Below are positions 1-9,418 of a stretch of 64,000 bases of DNA, one piece after another. The position numbers were made by a program, and so were the translations under genes. Source of the stretch: Pseudomonas aeruginosa PAO1 (lineage in GTDB: Bacteria; Pseudomonadota; Gammaproteobacteria; Pseudomonadales; Pseudomonadaceae); NCBI RefSeq assembly GCF_000006765.1, contig NC_002516.2. One strand, 5' to 3'. A model generated the notes under the pieces. The model saw only the letters and a program-made list of their open reading frames with translations. It was not told the DNA's origin and ran no database searches. How positions within the stretch are numbered: the first letter of the stretch is position 1; every line of letters starts with the position of its first letter.

Positions 1-229
1 TCTGCCGGTTCAGCTCGCCGCTTTCGAGACTCACCAGGCTCTTGGCCACGCCGAAGGCCTTGCCGAGGAAGGTCAGCAGATGGGCGTTGGCCTTGCCCTC
101 CACCGGCGGTGCGGTGAGGCGGATCTTCAGGCGCTCGCCGTGCAGCCCGGCGAACTCGTCGCGGCTCGCCTTGGGCTGCAGGTGGCAATCGAGGAGCAGG
201 TCCTCGCCGTCCCAGCGGTAGAAGCTCAG
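1..229 (-). CDS. yggU: YggU / DUF167 (UPF0235) family protein, 3' end outside window; apparent CTG start overlapping yggT stop
   Basis: My translation of the minus strand from 229: (L/M)[75 protein letters not shown]. It carries the DUF167 [15 protein letters not shown] signature and follows yggT as in the conserved yggS-proC-yggT-yggU order. It is not in the ORF track. Confidence 0.85.
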   Translation of the reverse strand, partial: MSFYRWDGEDLLLDCHLQPKASRDEFAGLHGERLKIRLTAPPVEGKANAHLLTFLGKAFGVAKSLVSLESGELNRQ

Positions 230-819
230 AGGAAAATGCTCAACTGCTGGGGCATGCCGGTCATGGCCGCCAGGTTGTTGATCACCAGCATGTCGATCAG
301 CTTCAGCGCGAGGAACGCGAAGATCGGCGAGAGATCCAGTCCGCCGAGGTTCGGCAGGAGCTTGCGGAACGGCATCAGCAGCGGTTCGCAGATCTGGTTC
401 ACCAGTTGCGCGCCGGGGTTGTAGCTGCCCGGGGCGACCCAGGAAAGGATCACGCTGATGATCAGGGCGAAGAAGAACACCTTCAGGAACAGCGAGGTGA
501 CGGCGATGATCGACCAGATCAGCAGTTGCATGATGAAGCCGCCGACGCCGTAGCCCATCAGCATCAGGATCAGGATCATCAGCACCAGCTGGATCAGGAT
601 CGCCAGCACCAGCGAGGCCAGGTCGATCCCGCCGAAGCCGGGGATGATCCGCCGCAGCGGGTTCAGCAGCGGCTTGGTGGCGCGCACGATGAACTGGCTG
701 AGGGGGTTGTAGAAGTCCGCGCGGACCAACTGCAGGATGAAGCGCAGCAGCACGATCAGCAGGTAGAGGCTGCCGAGGGTCTGGAGGATATAGATAGCAG
801 CGGTGTTGAGGCCGATCAT
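226..819 (-). CDS. yggT: YggT family integral membrane protein
   Basis: 197 aa hydrophobic protein with two YGGT repeats ([27 protein letters not shown]; [31 protein letters not shown]), downstream of proC. Confidence 0.92.
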   Translation of the reverse strand: MIGLNTAAIYILQTLGSLYLLIVLLRFILQLVRADFYNPLSQFIVRATKPLLNPLRRIIPGFGGIDLASLVLAILIQLVLMILILMLMGYGVGGFIMQLLIWSIIAVTSLFLKVFFFALIISVILSWVAPGSYNPGAQLVNQICEPLLMPFRKLLPNLGGLDLSPIFAFLALKLIDMLVINNLAAMTGMPQQLSIFL

Positions 820-829
820 CGACTACTCC

Positions 830-1651
830 TTATTGGCCAAGCTGTTCGGCCAGCTCGGCGGAGCGCTGGCTGGCGGCGTTCAGGGCCTGCTCCACCAGTG
901 CTTCGAAGCCGTTGGCCTGGAAGGATTTGATCGCCGCCTCGGTGGTGCCGTTGGGCGAAGTCACCCGGCGCCGCAGTTCGGCCGGCTCGACCTCGCTGGA
1001 CAGCGCCATCTGCGCCGCACCGAGGGCGGTCTGCAGGGTCAGGCGCGAGGCTGTCTCGCGGGACAGGCCGAGCTTCTCGCCGGCGTCGGTCATGGCCTGC
1101 ATCAGCAGGAAGAAATACGCCGGGCCGCTGCCCGACACTGCGGTCACCGCGTCGATCTGCGCTTCGTCGTCCAGCCACAGGGCGATGCCCACCGCGGACA
1201 GCAACTGCCCGGCCTGCTCGCATTGCGCGGCGCTGACCTGCGCGTTGGCGTACAGCCCGCTGGCGCCCTGGCGCAGCAGCGCCGGGGTGTTGGGCATGCA
1301 GCGGACCACCGGGCGCGGCTGGCCGAGCCAGGCTTCGAGGCTGGCGCAGGGGATGCCGGCGGCGATGGAGACGATCAGTTGCTCCGGCTTCAGCGCCGGC
1401 GCCAAGGCCTGGCACACGGCTTTCATGGCCTGCGGCTTGACCGACAGGACCACGACGTCGGCGTCGGCCACGGCCTCGGCGTTGGACTCGACCACGTCGA
1501 TGGCGAACTCGCCGGCGATCTTCGCGCGTTGCTCGGCGCCCGGGTCGCTGGCGCGGATCTGCGCCGCCGGCACGCCTTGGGCGCGCAGGCCGCCGATCAG
1601 GCTGGCGGCCATGTTGCCGGCGCCGATGAACGCTATGCGGGGTGTGCTCAT
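830..1651 (-). CDS. proC: Pyrroline-5-carboxylate reductase
   Basis: Start MSTPRIAFIGAGNMA (Rossmann GxGxM) at 1651; motifs SGSGPAYFF and VTSPNGTT; 273 aa. Confidence 0.97.
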   Translation of the reverse strand: MSTPRIAFIGAGNMAASLIGGLRAQGVPAAQIRASDPGAEQRAKIAGEFAIDVVESNAEAVADADVVVLSVKPQAMKAVCQALAPALKPEQLIVSIAAGIPCASLEAWLGQPRPVVRCMPNTPALLRQGASGLYANAQVSAAQCEQAGQLLSAVGIALWLDDEAQIDAVTAVSGSGPAYFFLLMQAMTDAGEKLGLSRETASRLTLQTALGAAQMALSSEVEPAELRRRVTSPNGTTEAAIKSFQANGFEALVEQALNAASQRSAELAEQLGQ

Positions 1652-1662
1652 AGGGGATTCCT

Positions 1663-2355
1663 TCAAGAAGCCGGCGCGCCGTAGTCGCGGGCGCCGAACA
1701 GGGCGGTACCGATGCGGACCCAGGTCGCACCTTCGCCGATGGCTGCCTCGAGGTCGTCGCTCATGCCCATGGACAGGGTGTCCAGGCCAAGGTTCAGGTC
1801 CAGCAGCAGTTCGCGCAGGCGGGCGAACGCGGCGTGTTGCGCGGCGCGTTCGGCGGTGGGTTCGGGGATGGCCATCAGGCCACGCAATCGGAGGTTGGGC
1901 AGTTGCTTCACGGCCTCGGCCAGGGCCGGCAGGTCCTCGGGGGCGCAGCCGGACTTGCTGGCTTCGCCGCTGACGTTGACCTGCAGGCAGACATTCAGGG
2001 GCGGCAGCCCGGCCGGGCGTTGCTCCGACAGGCGCTGCGCGATCTTCAACCGGTCCACCGAGTGCACCCACTGGAAATGCTCGGCGATGGGCCGCGTCTT
2101 GTTCGACTGGATGGGGCCGATGAAGTGCCAGTTCAAGGGCAGGTCGGCCAGTTCGGCCTGCTTGCCGAGGGCCTCCTGCAGGTAGTTTTCGCCGAAGTCG
2201 CGAAGGCCGGCGGCGTGCGCCTCGCGCACCGCGGCGGCGGGCTTGGTCTTGCTCACGGCGAGCAGGCCGACCGTGGCCGGATCGCGCCCCGCAGCTTGCG
2301 CTGCCTCACGGATGCGCGCGGCAACCTTTGCAATATTCTCTGCTATCGTGGACAT
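1663..2355 (-). CDS. yggS: YggS/PLPBP pyridoxal phosphate homeostasis protein
   Basis: Start MSTIAENIAKV; motifs LLAVSKTKP (PLP Lys), FGENYLQE, WHFIGPIQSNK, LSMGMSDD, VRIGTALFG; 230 aa. Confidence 0.96.
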   Translation of the reverse strand: MSTIAENIAKVAARIREAAQAAGRDPATVGLLAVSKTKPAAAVREAHAAGLRDFGENYLQEALGKQAELADLPLNWHFIGPIQSNKTRPIAEHFQWVHSVDRLKIAQRLSEQRPAGLPPLNVCLQVNVSGEASKSGCAPEDLPALAEAVKQLPNLRLRGLMAIPEPTAERAAQHAAFARLRELLLDLNLGLDTLSMGMSDDLEAAIGEGATWVRIGTALFGARDYGAPAS

Positions 2356-2569
2356 TACCTGCGCCCTATGGAAGTGCGGTCGGCGTCGGCTCGACGCCCT
2401 CGAAACCGCCGGCCTCGATGGCCATCTTCCTGTTCCAGTGTCGAGGTTCCGCGTCTGGCGCAGGACACCACGCGTGTCCTGGAAGCACCCTGGCTCATCC
2501 GGTGTTTTCCTTGTCCGAGACGGCGGCTTTGGCGGCATTCTACCTGCTTGCTTGTAATTGGGGAGTCCC

Positions 2570-3604
2570 ATGGATATTACCGAGCTGCTCGCCTTCAGTG
2601 CCAAACAGGGCGCTTCGGACCTGCACCTCTCCGCCGGCCTGCCACCCATGATCCGGGTGGATGGCGATGTACGCCGGATCAACCTGCCACCGCTGGAACA
2701 CAAGCAGGTGCATGCGCTGATCTACGACATCATGAACGACAAGCAGCGCAAGGACTTCGAGGAATTCCTCGAGACCGACTTCTCCTTCGAGGTGCCGGGC
2801 GTCGCGCGTTTCCGGGTCAACGCCTTCAACCAGAACCGTGGCGCCGGCGCGGTATTCCGGACCATTCCCTCCAAGGTACTGACCATGGAGGAGCTTGGCA
2901 TGGGAGAAGTGTTCAAACGTGTTTCAGACGTCCCGCGCGGGTTGGTACTGGTCACCGGGCCGACCGGTTCGGGCAAGTCCACCACCCTGGCGGCGATGCT
3001 CGATTACCTGAACAACACCAAGTACCACCACATCCTCACCATCGAGGACCCGATCGAATTCGTCCACGAATCGAAGAAGTGCCTGGTCAACCAGCGCGAG
3101 GTGCATCGCGACACCCTCGGCTTCAGCGAAGCGCTGCGCTCGGCGCTGCGGGAGGACCCGGACATCATCCTGGTCGGCGAGATGCGCGACCTGGAAACCA
3201 TCCGCCTGGCCCTGACCGCGGCGGAGACCGGCCACCTGGTATTCGGCACCCTGCACACCACCTCGGCGGCGAAGACCATCGACCGGGTGGTCGACGTGTT
3301 CCCGGCCGAGGAAAAGGCCATGGTTCGCTCGATGCTCTCCGAGTCGCTGCAATCGGTGATCTCGCAGACCCTGATCAAGAAGATCGGCGGCGGCCGGGTG
3401 GCGGCCCACGAGATCATGATCGGCACCCCGGCGATCCGCAACCTGATCCGCGAGGACAAGGTCGCGCAGATGTATTCGGCGATCCAGACCGGCGGCTCGC
3501 TGGGCATGCAGACCCTCGACATGTGCCTCAAGGGCCTGGTCGCCAAGGGCCTGATCAGCCGCGAGAACGCCCGCGAGAAGGCGAAGATCCCGGAAAACTT
3601 CTGA
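2570..3604 (+). CDS. pilT: Type IV pilus retraction ATPase PilT
   Basis: MDITELLAFSAKQGASDLHL start after GGGAG RBS; Walker A GPTGSGKST, Asp box TIEDPIE, His box GTLHTTSA, AIRNLIRE motif; 344 aa. Confidence 0.99.
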   Translation: MDITELLAFSAKQGASDLHLSAGLPPMIRVDGDVRRINLPPLEHKQVHALIYDIMNDKQRKDFEEFLETDFSFEVPGVARFRVNAFNQNRGAGAVFRTIPSKVLTMEELGMGEVFKRVSDVPRGLVLVTGPTGSGKSTTLAAMLDYLNNTKYHHILTIEDPIEFVHESKKCLVNQREVHRDTLGFSEALRSALREDPDIILVGEMRDLETIRLALTAAETGHLVFGTLHTTSAAKTIDRVVDVFPAEEKAMVRSMLSESLQSVISQTLIKKIGGGRVAAHEIMIGTPAIRNLIREDKVAQMYSAIQTGGSLGMQTLDMCLKGLVAKGLISRENAREKAKIPENF

Positions 3605-3781
3605 TCCTGGCGCCGATCCGCCGCGCTTCGCCCGAATCCCGGAACTGCGTCTAGGATTCAAGAGCGGGAGAGCGGTACCGTAGGCGCATTCCTACCTATC
3701 CTTGCCGGCGAGCGCGTCCAGCGCCCGCTCGCCCGCATCCGGCTCGCCGTCGCGGCGCGCCCCTGAGTGAGCGAGAACATC

Positions 3782-4930
3782 ATGGAATTCGAAAAGCTGC
3801 TGCGCCTGATGGTGGAAAAGGGCGGCTCCGACCTGTTCATCACCGCCGGCGTACCGCCGTCGATGAAGGTCAACGGCCGGGTGATGCCGGTGACCAAGAC
3901 GCCGCTGTCGCCGGAGCAGACCCGCGAGACCGTGCTAGGCGTGATGAACGAGCAGCAGCGCCGCGATTTCGCCGAGAACCATGAGTGCAACTTCGCCATC
4001 AGCGCCCGCGGCATCGGCCGCTTCCGGGTCAGTGCCTTCTACCAGCGCAACCTGGTGGGCATGGTATTGCGCCGGATCGAGACCAACATCCCGACCCTGG
4101 AAGAGCTGAAGCTCCCGGAAATCCTCAAGAAGCTGGCGCTGACCAAGCGCGGCCTGGTGATCTTCGTCGGCGCCACCGGCACCGGCAAGTCCACCTCGCT
4201 GGCGGCGATGATCGGCTACCGCAACAAGAACTCCACCGGGCACATCATCTCCATCGAGGACCCGATCGAGTACATCCACCAGCACCAGGGCTGCATCGTC
4301 ACCCAGCGCGAGGTGGGGCTGGACACCGACTCCTTCGAGGTGGCGCTGAAGAACACCCTGCGCCAGGCGCCGGACGTGATCATGATCGGCGAGGTGCGCT
4401 CGCGGGAGACCATGGACCACGCCGTGGCCTTCGCCGAGACCGGCCACCTGTGCCTGGCGACCCTGCACGCGAACAACGCCAACCAGGCGCTGGAGCGGAT
4501 CATCCACTTCTTCCCGGCCGACCGTCATGGCCAGGTGTGGATGGACCTGTCGCTGAACCTCAAGGCCATCGTCGCCCAGCAACTGGTGCCGACCCCCGAC
4601 GGCAAGGGGCGGCGGGCGGTGATCGAGGTGCTGCTGAACACCCCGCTGGCCGCCGACCTGATCCGCAAGGGCGAGGTGCACGAGCTGAAGCCGCTGATGA
4701 AGCGCTCCACCGAGCAGGGCATGCAGACCTTCGACCAGGCGCTGTACCAGCTCTACACCCAGGGCGAGATCACCTACGAGGACGCCCTGGCCCACGCCGA
4801 CTCGGCCAACGACCTGCGCCTGATGATCAAGCTCGGTTCGGAAAGCGACGCCGACCACCTGTCGAGCCTGACCCAGGGCCTGAGCCTGGAAATCACCGAC
4901 GACGACCCTGCCGGCCGGCGCTTCCGCTGA
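3782..4930 (+). CDS. pilU: Type IV pilus retraction ATPase PilU
   Basis: MEFEKLLRLMVEKGGSDLF; Walker A GATGTGKST, SIEDPIE, ATLHANNA; adjacent to pilT. An in-frame GTG at 3767 is an alternative start. Confidence 0.98.
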   Translation: MEFEKLLRLMVEKGGSDLFITAGVPPSMKVNGRVMPVTKTPLSPEQTRETVLGVMNEQQRRDFAENHECNFAISARGIGRFRVSAFYQRNLVGMVLRRIETNIPTLEELKLPEILKKLALTKRGLVIFVGATGTGKSTSLAAMIGYRNKNSTGHIISIEDPIEYIHQHQGCIVTQREVGLDTDSFEVALKNTLRQAPDVIMIGEVRSRETMDHAVAFAETGHLCLATLHANNANQALERIIHFFPADRHGQVWMDLSLNLKAIVAQQLVPTPDGKGRRAVIEVLLNTPLAADLIRKGEVHELKPLMKRSTEQGMQTFDQALYQLYTQGEITYEDALAHADSANDLRLMIKLGSESDADHLSSLTQGLSLEITDDDPAGRRFR

Positions 4931-4937
4931 ACCGTCT

Positions 4938-5837
4938 TCAGTAGGCCAGCGGCTCCTCGGCCTGGGCGCAGGCCGAGGTTTCCAGTTGCAGGGTGCTGTG
5001 TTCGATCTCGTAGCGGTCGTGCAGCAGCGCCTTCACCGTTCCCAGCAGCGCCTCGGCATCGACCAGGGCCGGGTCGTACACCAGATGGCTGGTCAGGCTG
5101 ATCTTGCCGCTGGTGATCGACCACACATGCAGGTCGTGCAGCCCGGTCACGCCGGGAATCCCCAGTAGCGCTTCGCGCAGCTCGGCCAACTGGATTTCCT
5201 TCGGCACCCCTTCGAGCAACACATGCAGGCTCTCGCGCAGCAGGATCCAGGTGCGCGGCAGGACCCAGAAACCGATCAGCACCGCCACCAGCGAGTCGAC
5301 CCAGGCCCAGCCGGTGAAACGGATCACGATCGCGGCGACGATCACCCCCAGCGAGCCGAGCATGTCGCTCCAGACCTCCAGGTAGGCGCCCTTGACGTTC
5401 AGGCTGTTGCCCTGGGCCGGCGCCAGCAGGCGCATGCTGGCCAGGTTCACCAGCAGGCCGAGCACGGCGATCACCAGCATGCCCACGGACTGGATCTCCG
5501 CCGGCTGGTTGAGCCGCTCGTAGGCCGCGTAGAGGATATAGAAGGCCACGCCGAACAGGAGGAAGGCGTTGAACGCCGCGGCGAGGATCTCGAAGCGGTG
5601 GTAGCCGTAGGTCAGGCGATCGTTGGTCGGGCGCCTGGCGATGTTGATCGCGGCCAGGGCGATGGCCAGGGCCACGGCGTCGGTGAGCATGTGCGCGGCA
5701 TCGGAGATCAGTGCCAGGCTGCCGGTGAGGATGCCGCCGACGACCTCGGCGACGAGGAAGCTTCCGGTCAGCAGCAACGCCCATTTCAGGCGGGTCGAGT
5801 TGGTCTGGGCGAAGCTGTGCTCGTGTCCGGCGCTCAT
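4938..5837 (-). CDS. czcD: Cation diffusion facilitator (CzcD-type Zn/Co/Cd exporter)
   Basis: MSAGHEHS start; SLALISDAAHMLTD (TM2 HxxxD), TYGYHRFEILAA, AYLEVWSD (TM5), HDLHVWSITSG C-terminal domain; 299 aa. Confidence 0.9.
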   Translation of the reverse strand: MSAGHEHSFAQTNSTRLKWALLLTGSFLVAEVVGGILTGSLALISDAAHMLTDAVALAIALAAINIARRPTNDRLTYGYHRFEILAAAFNAFLLFGVAFYILYAAYERLNQPAEIQSVGMLVIAVLGLLVNLASMRLLAPAQGNSLNVKGAYLEVWSDMLGSLGVIVAAIVIRFTGWAWVDSLVAVLIGFWVLPRTWILLRESLHVLLEGVPKEIQLAELREALLGIPGVTGLHDLHVWSITSGKISLTSHLVYDPALVDAEALLGTVKALLHDRYEIEHSTLQLETSACAQAEEPLAY

Positions 5838-5990
5838 GGCGGCTCCTGTGGGGCGGTGGCGGCAGCACCAGCCTACAGGATAGGCAATTGCAAAACTGTC
5901 ATGCGCCGGGCCGCTCTGGCGCGGCGTCCGCCGCTCCGCTAACCTGCGGCTCAGGCGCGGCCGCAGCCGCGCACGGAACGAGGGGGACGC

Positions 5991-6395
5991 ATGACTCAAC
6001 AGCACGACACCCATAGCAAGGCCATCGGCTACCTGCTGTGGATCTTCGGTTTCACCGGTTCGCACCGCTTCTATTACGGCAAGCCGATCACCGGGACGAT
6101 CTGGTTCTTCACCTTCGGCCTGTTCTTCATCGGCTGGATCATCGACCTGTTCCTCATCCCGTCGATGGACCGCGAGGCCGACCGGCGCTTCCAGGGCGGC
6201 AACCTGGACTACAACGTGGCCTGGATCCTGCTGACCTTCCTCGGCGTGCTCGGCGTGCACAGGATGTACATGGGCAAGTGGATCACCGGGATCATCTACC
6301 TGTTCACCGGCGGCCTGTTCTTCCTCGGCGTGCTCTACGACTTCTGGACCCTCAACGGACAGGTGTCCGAGCGCAACGGGCCGCAGCGCATCTGA
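5991..6395 (+). CDS. Small membrane protein with two tandem TM2 (NINE) domains
   Basis: Repeats GFTGSHRFYYGKPITG..W..D and GVLGVHRMYMGKWITG..YD; GGGGGA RBS upstream. Confidence 0.85.
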   Translation: MTQQHDTHSKAIGYLLWIFGFTGSHRFYYGKPITGTIWFFTFGLFFIGWIIDLFLIPSMDREADRRFQGGNLDYNVAWILLTFLGVLGVHRMYMGKWITGIIYLFTGGLFFLGVLYDFWTLNGQVSERNGPQRI

Positions 6396-6415
6396 GGCTC
6401 GTCGCCAGGTGCGAG

Positions 6416-6440
6416 AAGCCCGCCATCCGGCGGGCTTTTT
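6416..6440 (+). terminator. Rho-independent terminator after TM2 gene
   Basis: AAGCCCGCC-ATCC-GGCGGGCTT followed by TTT. Confidence 0.85.
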
Positions 6441-6637
6441 CATGGGTGGCGCCACGGTCGGCAGGGAATTCCTCCGGCGGGACTTAAGGAACCAAAGGTT
6501 CTAACGTTCTACCTGTAGGTTATTGGCGCCCGCGCGCGCCAGCCCCTATGGTCTGCAAGCCCCAGAACGGATAGGTGCAATGGCTCACGAGGCCGCGCAC
6601 CGTATCGCTCCGTGCGGAAACACCGAAAGGAGAAAAG

Positions 6638-8011
6638 ATGACTTCCGACTCACGTCCCGCCGTGCTCGACCTGATCGGCAACACCCCGCTGGTTCGCGTG
6701 ACGCGCTTCGATACCGGCCCCTGCACCCTGTACCTCAAGCTCGAATCGCAGAACCCCGGCGGCTCCATCAAGGATCGCATCGGTGTCGCCATGATCGAGG
6801 CCGCCGAGCGTGACGGCCGCCTGCGGCCCGGTGGCACCATCGTCGAGGCCACCGCCGGCAACACCGGTCTCGGCCTGGCCCTGGTCGGCCGCGCGAAGGG
6901 CTACCGGGTGGTGCTGGTGGTGCCGGACAAGATGTCCACCGAGAAGGTCCTGCACCTGCGCGCCATGGGCGCCGAGGTGCACATCACCCGATCGGACGTC
7001 GGCAAGGGCCATCCGGAGTACTACCAGGACGTTGCCGCGCGCCTGGCGCAGGATATTCCCGGCGCCTTCTTCGCCGACCAGTTCAACAACCCGGCCAACC
7101 CGCTGGCCCACGAGTGCGGCACCGGCCCGGAGCTCTGGGCGCAGACCGGCCACGATCTCGACGCCATCGTCGTCGGCGTCGGCTCCTCCGGTACCCTGAC
7201 CGGCCTTACCCGGTTCTTCCAGAAGGTCCAGCCGGAGCTGGAGATGGTGCTCGCCGATCCCGAGGGCTCGATCATGGCCGAGTACTCCCGCTCCGGCACC
7301 CTGGGTACGCCGGGTTCCTGGGCGGTGGAGGGCATCGGCGAGGACTTCGTACCGGCCATCGCCGACCTCTCCAGCGTGCGCCATGCCTATTCCATCAGCG
7401 ACGAGGAAAGCTTCGCCATGGCCCGCGAACTGTTGCGCGTCGAGGGCATTCCCGGCGGCTCCTCCACCGGCACCCTGCTGGCCGCGGCGCTGCGCTTCTG
7501 TCGCGAGCAGAAGGAGCCGAAGCGGGTGGTCAGCTTCGTCTGCGACACCGGCACCCGCTACCTGTCGAAGATCTACAACGACCAGTGGATGACCGACCAG
7601 GGCCTGCTGCAACGCAAGCACTACGGCGACCTGCGCGACATCATCGCGCGGCGCTTCGAGGAGGGCCGGGTGATCAGCGTCGGTCCGGACGACACCCTGC
7701 TCACCGCCTTCCAGCGCATGCGCCTGGCCGACGTTTCGCAATTGCCGGTGCTGGACGATGGAAAACTGGTCGGTGTGATCGACGAGTCGGATATCCTGCT
7801 CGGTGTCCACGCCGACGCGCCACGCTTCCGCGATGCGGTAAGCAGCGCGATGAACGCCGCGCCGGAGACCCTCGCGCCCGGCGCCAGCCTGGCCCAGTTG
7901 CAGGCGGTCCTGGACCGCGGCCTGGTGGCGATCGTTGCCGATGCCAGCGGCTTCCACGGCCTGATCACCCGTTTCGACCTGTTGAACCATTTGCGGAGAA
8001 AGCTCGCATGA
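6638..8011 (+). CDS. cbs: Cystathionine beta-synthase (PLP, non-heme, C-terminal CBS-domain pair)
   Basis: AAGGAG RBS then MTSDSRPAVLDLIGNTPLV; NPGGSIKDRIG (PLP Lys), ATAGNTG, GVGSSGT, EGIG; C-terminal Bateman module (VISVGPDDTLLTAFQRM..QLPV..LVGVIDESD); 457 aa. Confidence 0.95.
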   Translation: MTSDSRPAVLDLIGNTPLVRVTRFDTGPCTLYLKLESQNPGGSIKDRIGVAMIEAAERDGRLRPGGTIVEATAGNTGLGLALVGRAKGYRVVLVVPDKMSTEKVLHLRAMGAEVHITRSDVGKGHPEYYQDVAARLAQDIPGAFFADQFNNPANPLAHECGTGPELWAQTGHDLDAIVVGVGSSGTLTGLTRFFQKVQPELEMVLADPEGSIMAEYSRSGTLGTPGSWAVEGIGEDFVPAIADLSSVRHAYSISDEESFAMARELLRVEGIPGGSSTGTLLAAALRFCREQKEPKRVVSFVCDTGTRYLSKIYNDQWMTDQGLLQRKHYGDLRDIIARRFEEGRVISVGPDDTLLTAFQRMRLADVSQLPVLDDGKLVGVIDESDILLGVHADAPRFRDAVSSAMNAAPETLAPGASLAQLQAVLDRGLVAIVADASGFHGLITRFDLLNHLRRKLA

Positions 8012-9192
8012 GCCAGCACGACCAGCATCCCGACGCCCCGGCCCAGGCCTTTGCGACCCGGGTCATCCACGCCGGGCAGGCCCCCGATCCCTCGACCGGC
8101 GCGATCATGCCGCCGATCTACGCCAACTCCACCTATATCCAGGAAAGCCCCGGGGTACACAAGGGGCTCGACTACGGCCGCTCCCACAACCCGACCCGCT
8201 GGGCCCTGGAGCGCTGCGTGGCCGACCTCGAGGGCGGCACCCAGGCCTTCGCCTTCGCCTCCGGCCTGGCGGCGATCTCCTCGGTGCTGGAGCTGCTCGA
8301 CGCCGGTTCCCACATCGTTTCCGGCAATGACCTCTACGGCGGTACCTTCCGCCTGTTCGAGCGGGTCCGCCGGCGCAGCGCCGGGCATCGCTTCAGCTTC
8401 GTCGACCCGACCGACCTGCAGGCCTTCGAGGCCGCGCTGACCCCGGAAACCCGCATGGTCTGGGTGGAAACCCCGAGCAACCCGCTGCTGCGCCTCACCG
8501 ACCTGCGCGCCATCGCCCAGCTCTGCCGCGCCCGCGGCATCATCAGCGTGGCCGACAACACCTTCGCCAGCCCCTACATCCAGCGCCCCCTGGAGCTGGG
8601 CTTCGACGTGGTGGTGCACTCCACCACCAAGTACCTGAACGGCCATTCCGACGTGATCGGCGGCATCGCCATCGTCGGCGACAACCCGGACCTGCGCGAG
8701 CGCCTGGGCTTCCTGCAGAACTCGGTGGGCGCCATCTCCGGGCCGTTCGACGCCTTCCTCACCCTGCGCGGGGTGAAGACCCTGGCGCTGCGCATGGAGC
8801 GCCATTGCAGTAACGCCCTGGCCCTGGCCCAGTGGCTGGAGCGCCAGCCGCAAGTGGCGCGGGTCTACTACCCCGGCCTGGCTTCGCACCCGCAGCATGA
8901 GCTGGCGAAACGGCAGATGCGTGGCTTCGGCGGGATGATCTCCCTCGACCTGCGTTGCGACCTGGCCGGCGCCCGGCGCTTCCTGGAGAACGTGCGGATC
9001 TTCTCCCTGGCGGAGAGCCTGGGCGGGGTGGAAAGCCTGATCGAGCATCCGGCGATCATGACCCACGCCAGCATCCCGGCGGAAACCCGCGCCGACCTGG
9101 GCATTGGTGACTCGCTGATCCGCCTGTCGGTGGGCGTCGAGGCGCTGGAGGACCTGCAGGCCGACCTGGCGCAGGCGCTGGCGAAGATCTGA
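8008..9192 (+). CDS. Cystathionine gamma-lyase (Cys/Met metabolism PLP enzyme)
   Basis: ATGA overlap with the cbs stop; FATRVIHAGQ, YGRSHNPTR, WVETPSNP, HSTTKYLNGHSD (PLP Lys), AESLGGVESL; 394 aa. Confidence 0.95.
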   Translation: MSQHDQHPDAPAQAFATRVIHAGQAPDPSTGAIMPPIYANSTYIQESPGVHKGLDYGRSHNPTRWALERCVADLEGGTQAFAFASGLAAISSVLELLDAGSHIVSGNDLYGGTFRLFERVRRRSAGHRFSFVDPTDLQAFEAALTPETRMVWVETPSNPLLRLTDLRAIAQLCRARGIISVADNTFASPYIQRPLELGFDVVVHSTTKYLNGHSDVIGGIAIVGDNPDLRERLGFLQNSVGAISGPFDAFLTLRGVKTLALRMERHCSNALALAQWLERQPQVARVYYPGLASHPQHELAKRQMRGFGGMISLDLRCDLAGARRFLENVRIFSLAESLGGVESLIEHPAIMTHASIPAETRADLGIGDSLIRLSVGVEALEDLQADLAQALAKI

Positions 9193-9260
9193 GGCTCCGC
9201 AGGGAGCGGCGCCGACCGGCGCGGCTGCCGGCCATCGGGTGTTCCCGGCGAGCATGCCTC

Positions 9261-9290
9261 GGTGGATAACGCTCCGCGTTATTCGCCCTG
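9261..9290. repeat. REP-like palindromic element
   Basis: GGTGGATAACGC-TCC-GCGTTATTCGCCCT: an imperfect hairpin resembling the P. aeruginosa extragenic REP type (GGCGGATAAC..GTTATTCGCCCTAC, from recall), lying between convergent genes. Confidence 0.55.
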
Positions 9291-9375
9291 CCGTTGAGGC
9301 GGGTTGGTGGCAGAGGCTGGGATAGGGCGCCCACCCCGGCAACGGATACGCCCCCGGAATCGCGAACGCGAAGAT

Positions 9376-9405
9376 GAAAAAGCCCGCCGGATGGCGGGCT
9401 TTTTC
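9376..9405. terminator. Bidirectional rho-independent terminator between cgl and pyrC'
   Basis: GAAAAAGCCCGCC-GGAT-GGCGGGCTTTTTC; the A5 and T5 flanks allow termination on both strands. Confidence 0.9.
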
Positions 9406-9418
9406 GTGGTGGCAGGGA

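Noticed and set aside
1834-3654. Same-strand alternative-frame ORFs rich in R/P/G/A (e.g. 1834-3654, 3985-4944, 34625-35740, 56652-58016)
   Set aside because: Typical off-frame translations of GC-rich coding DNA; low-information composition and no motifs.
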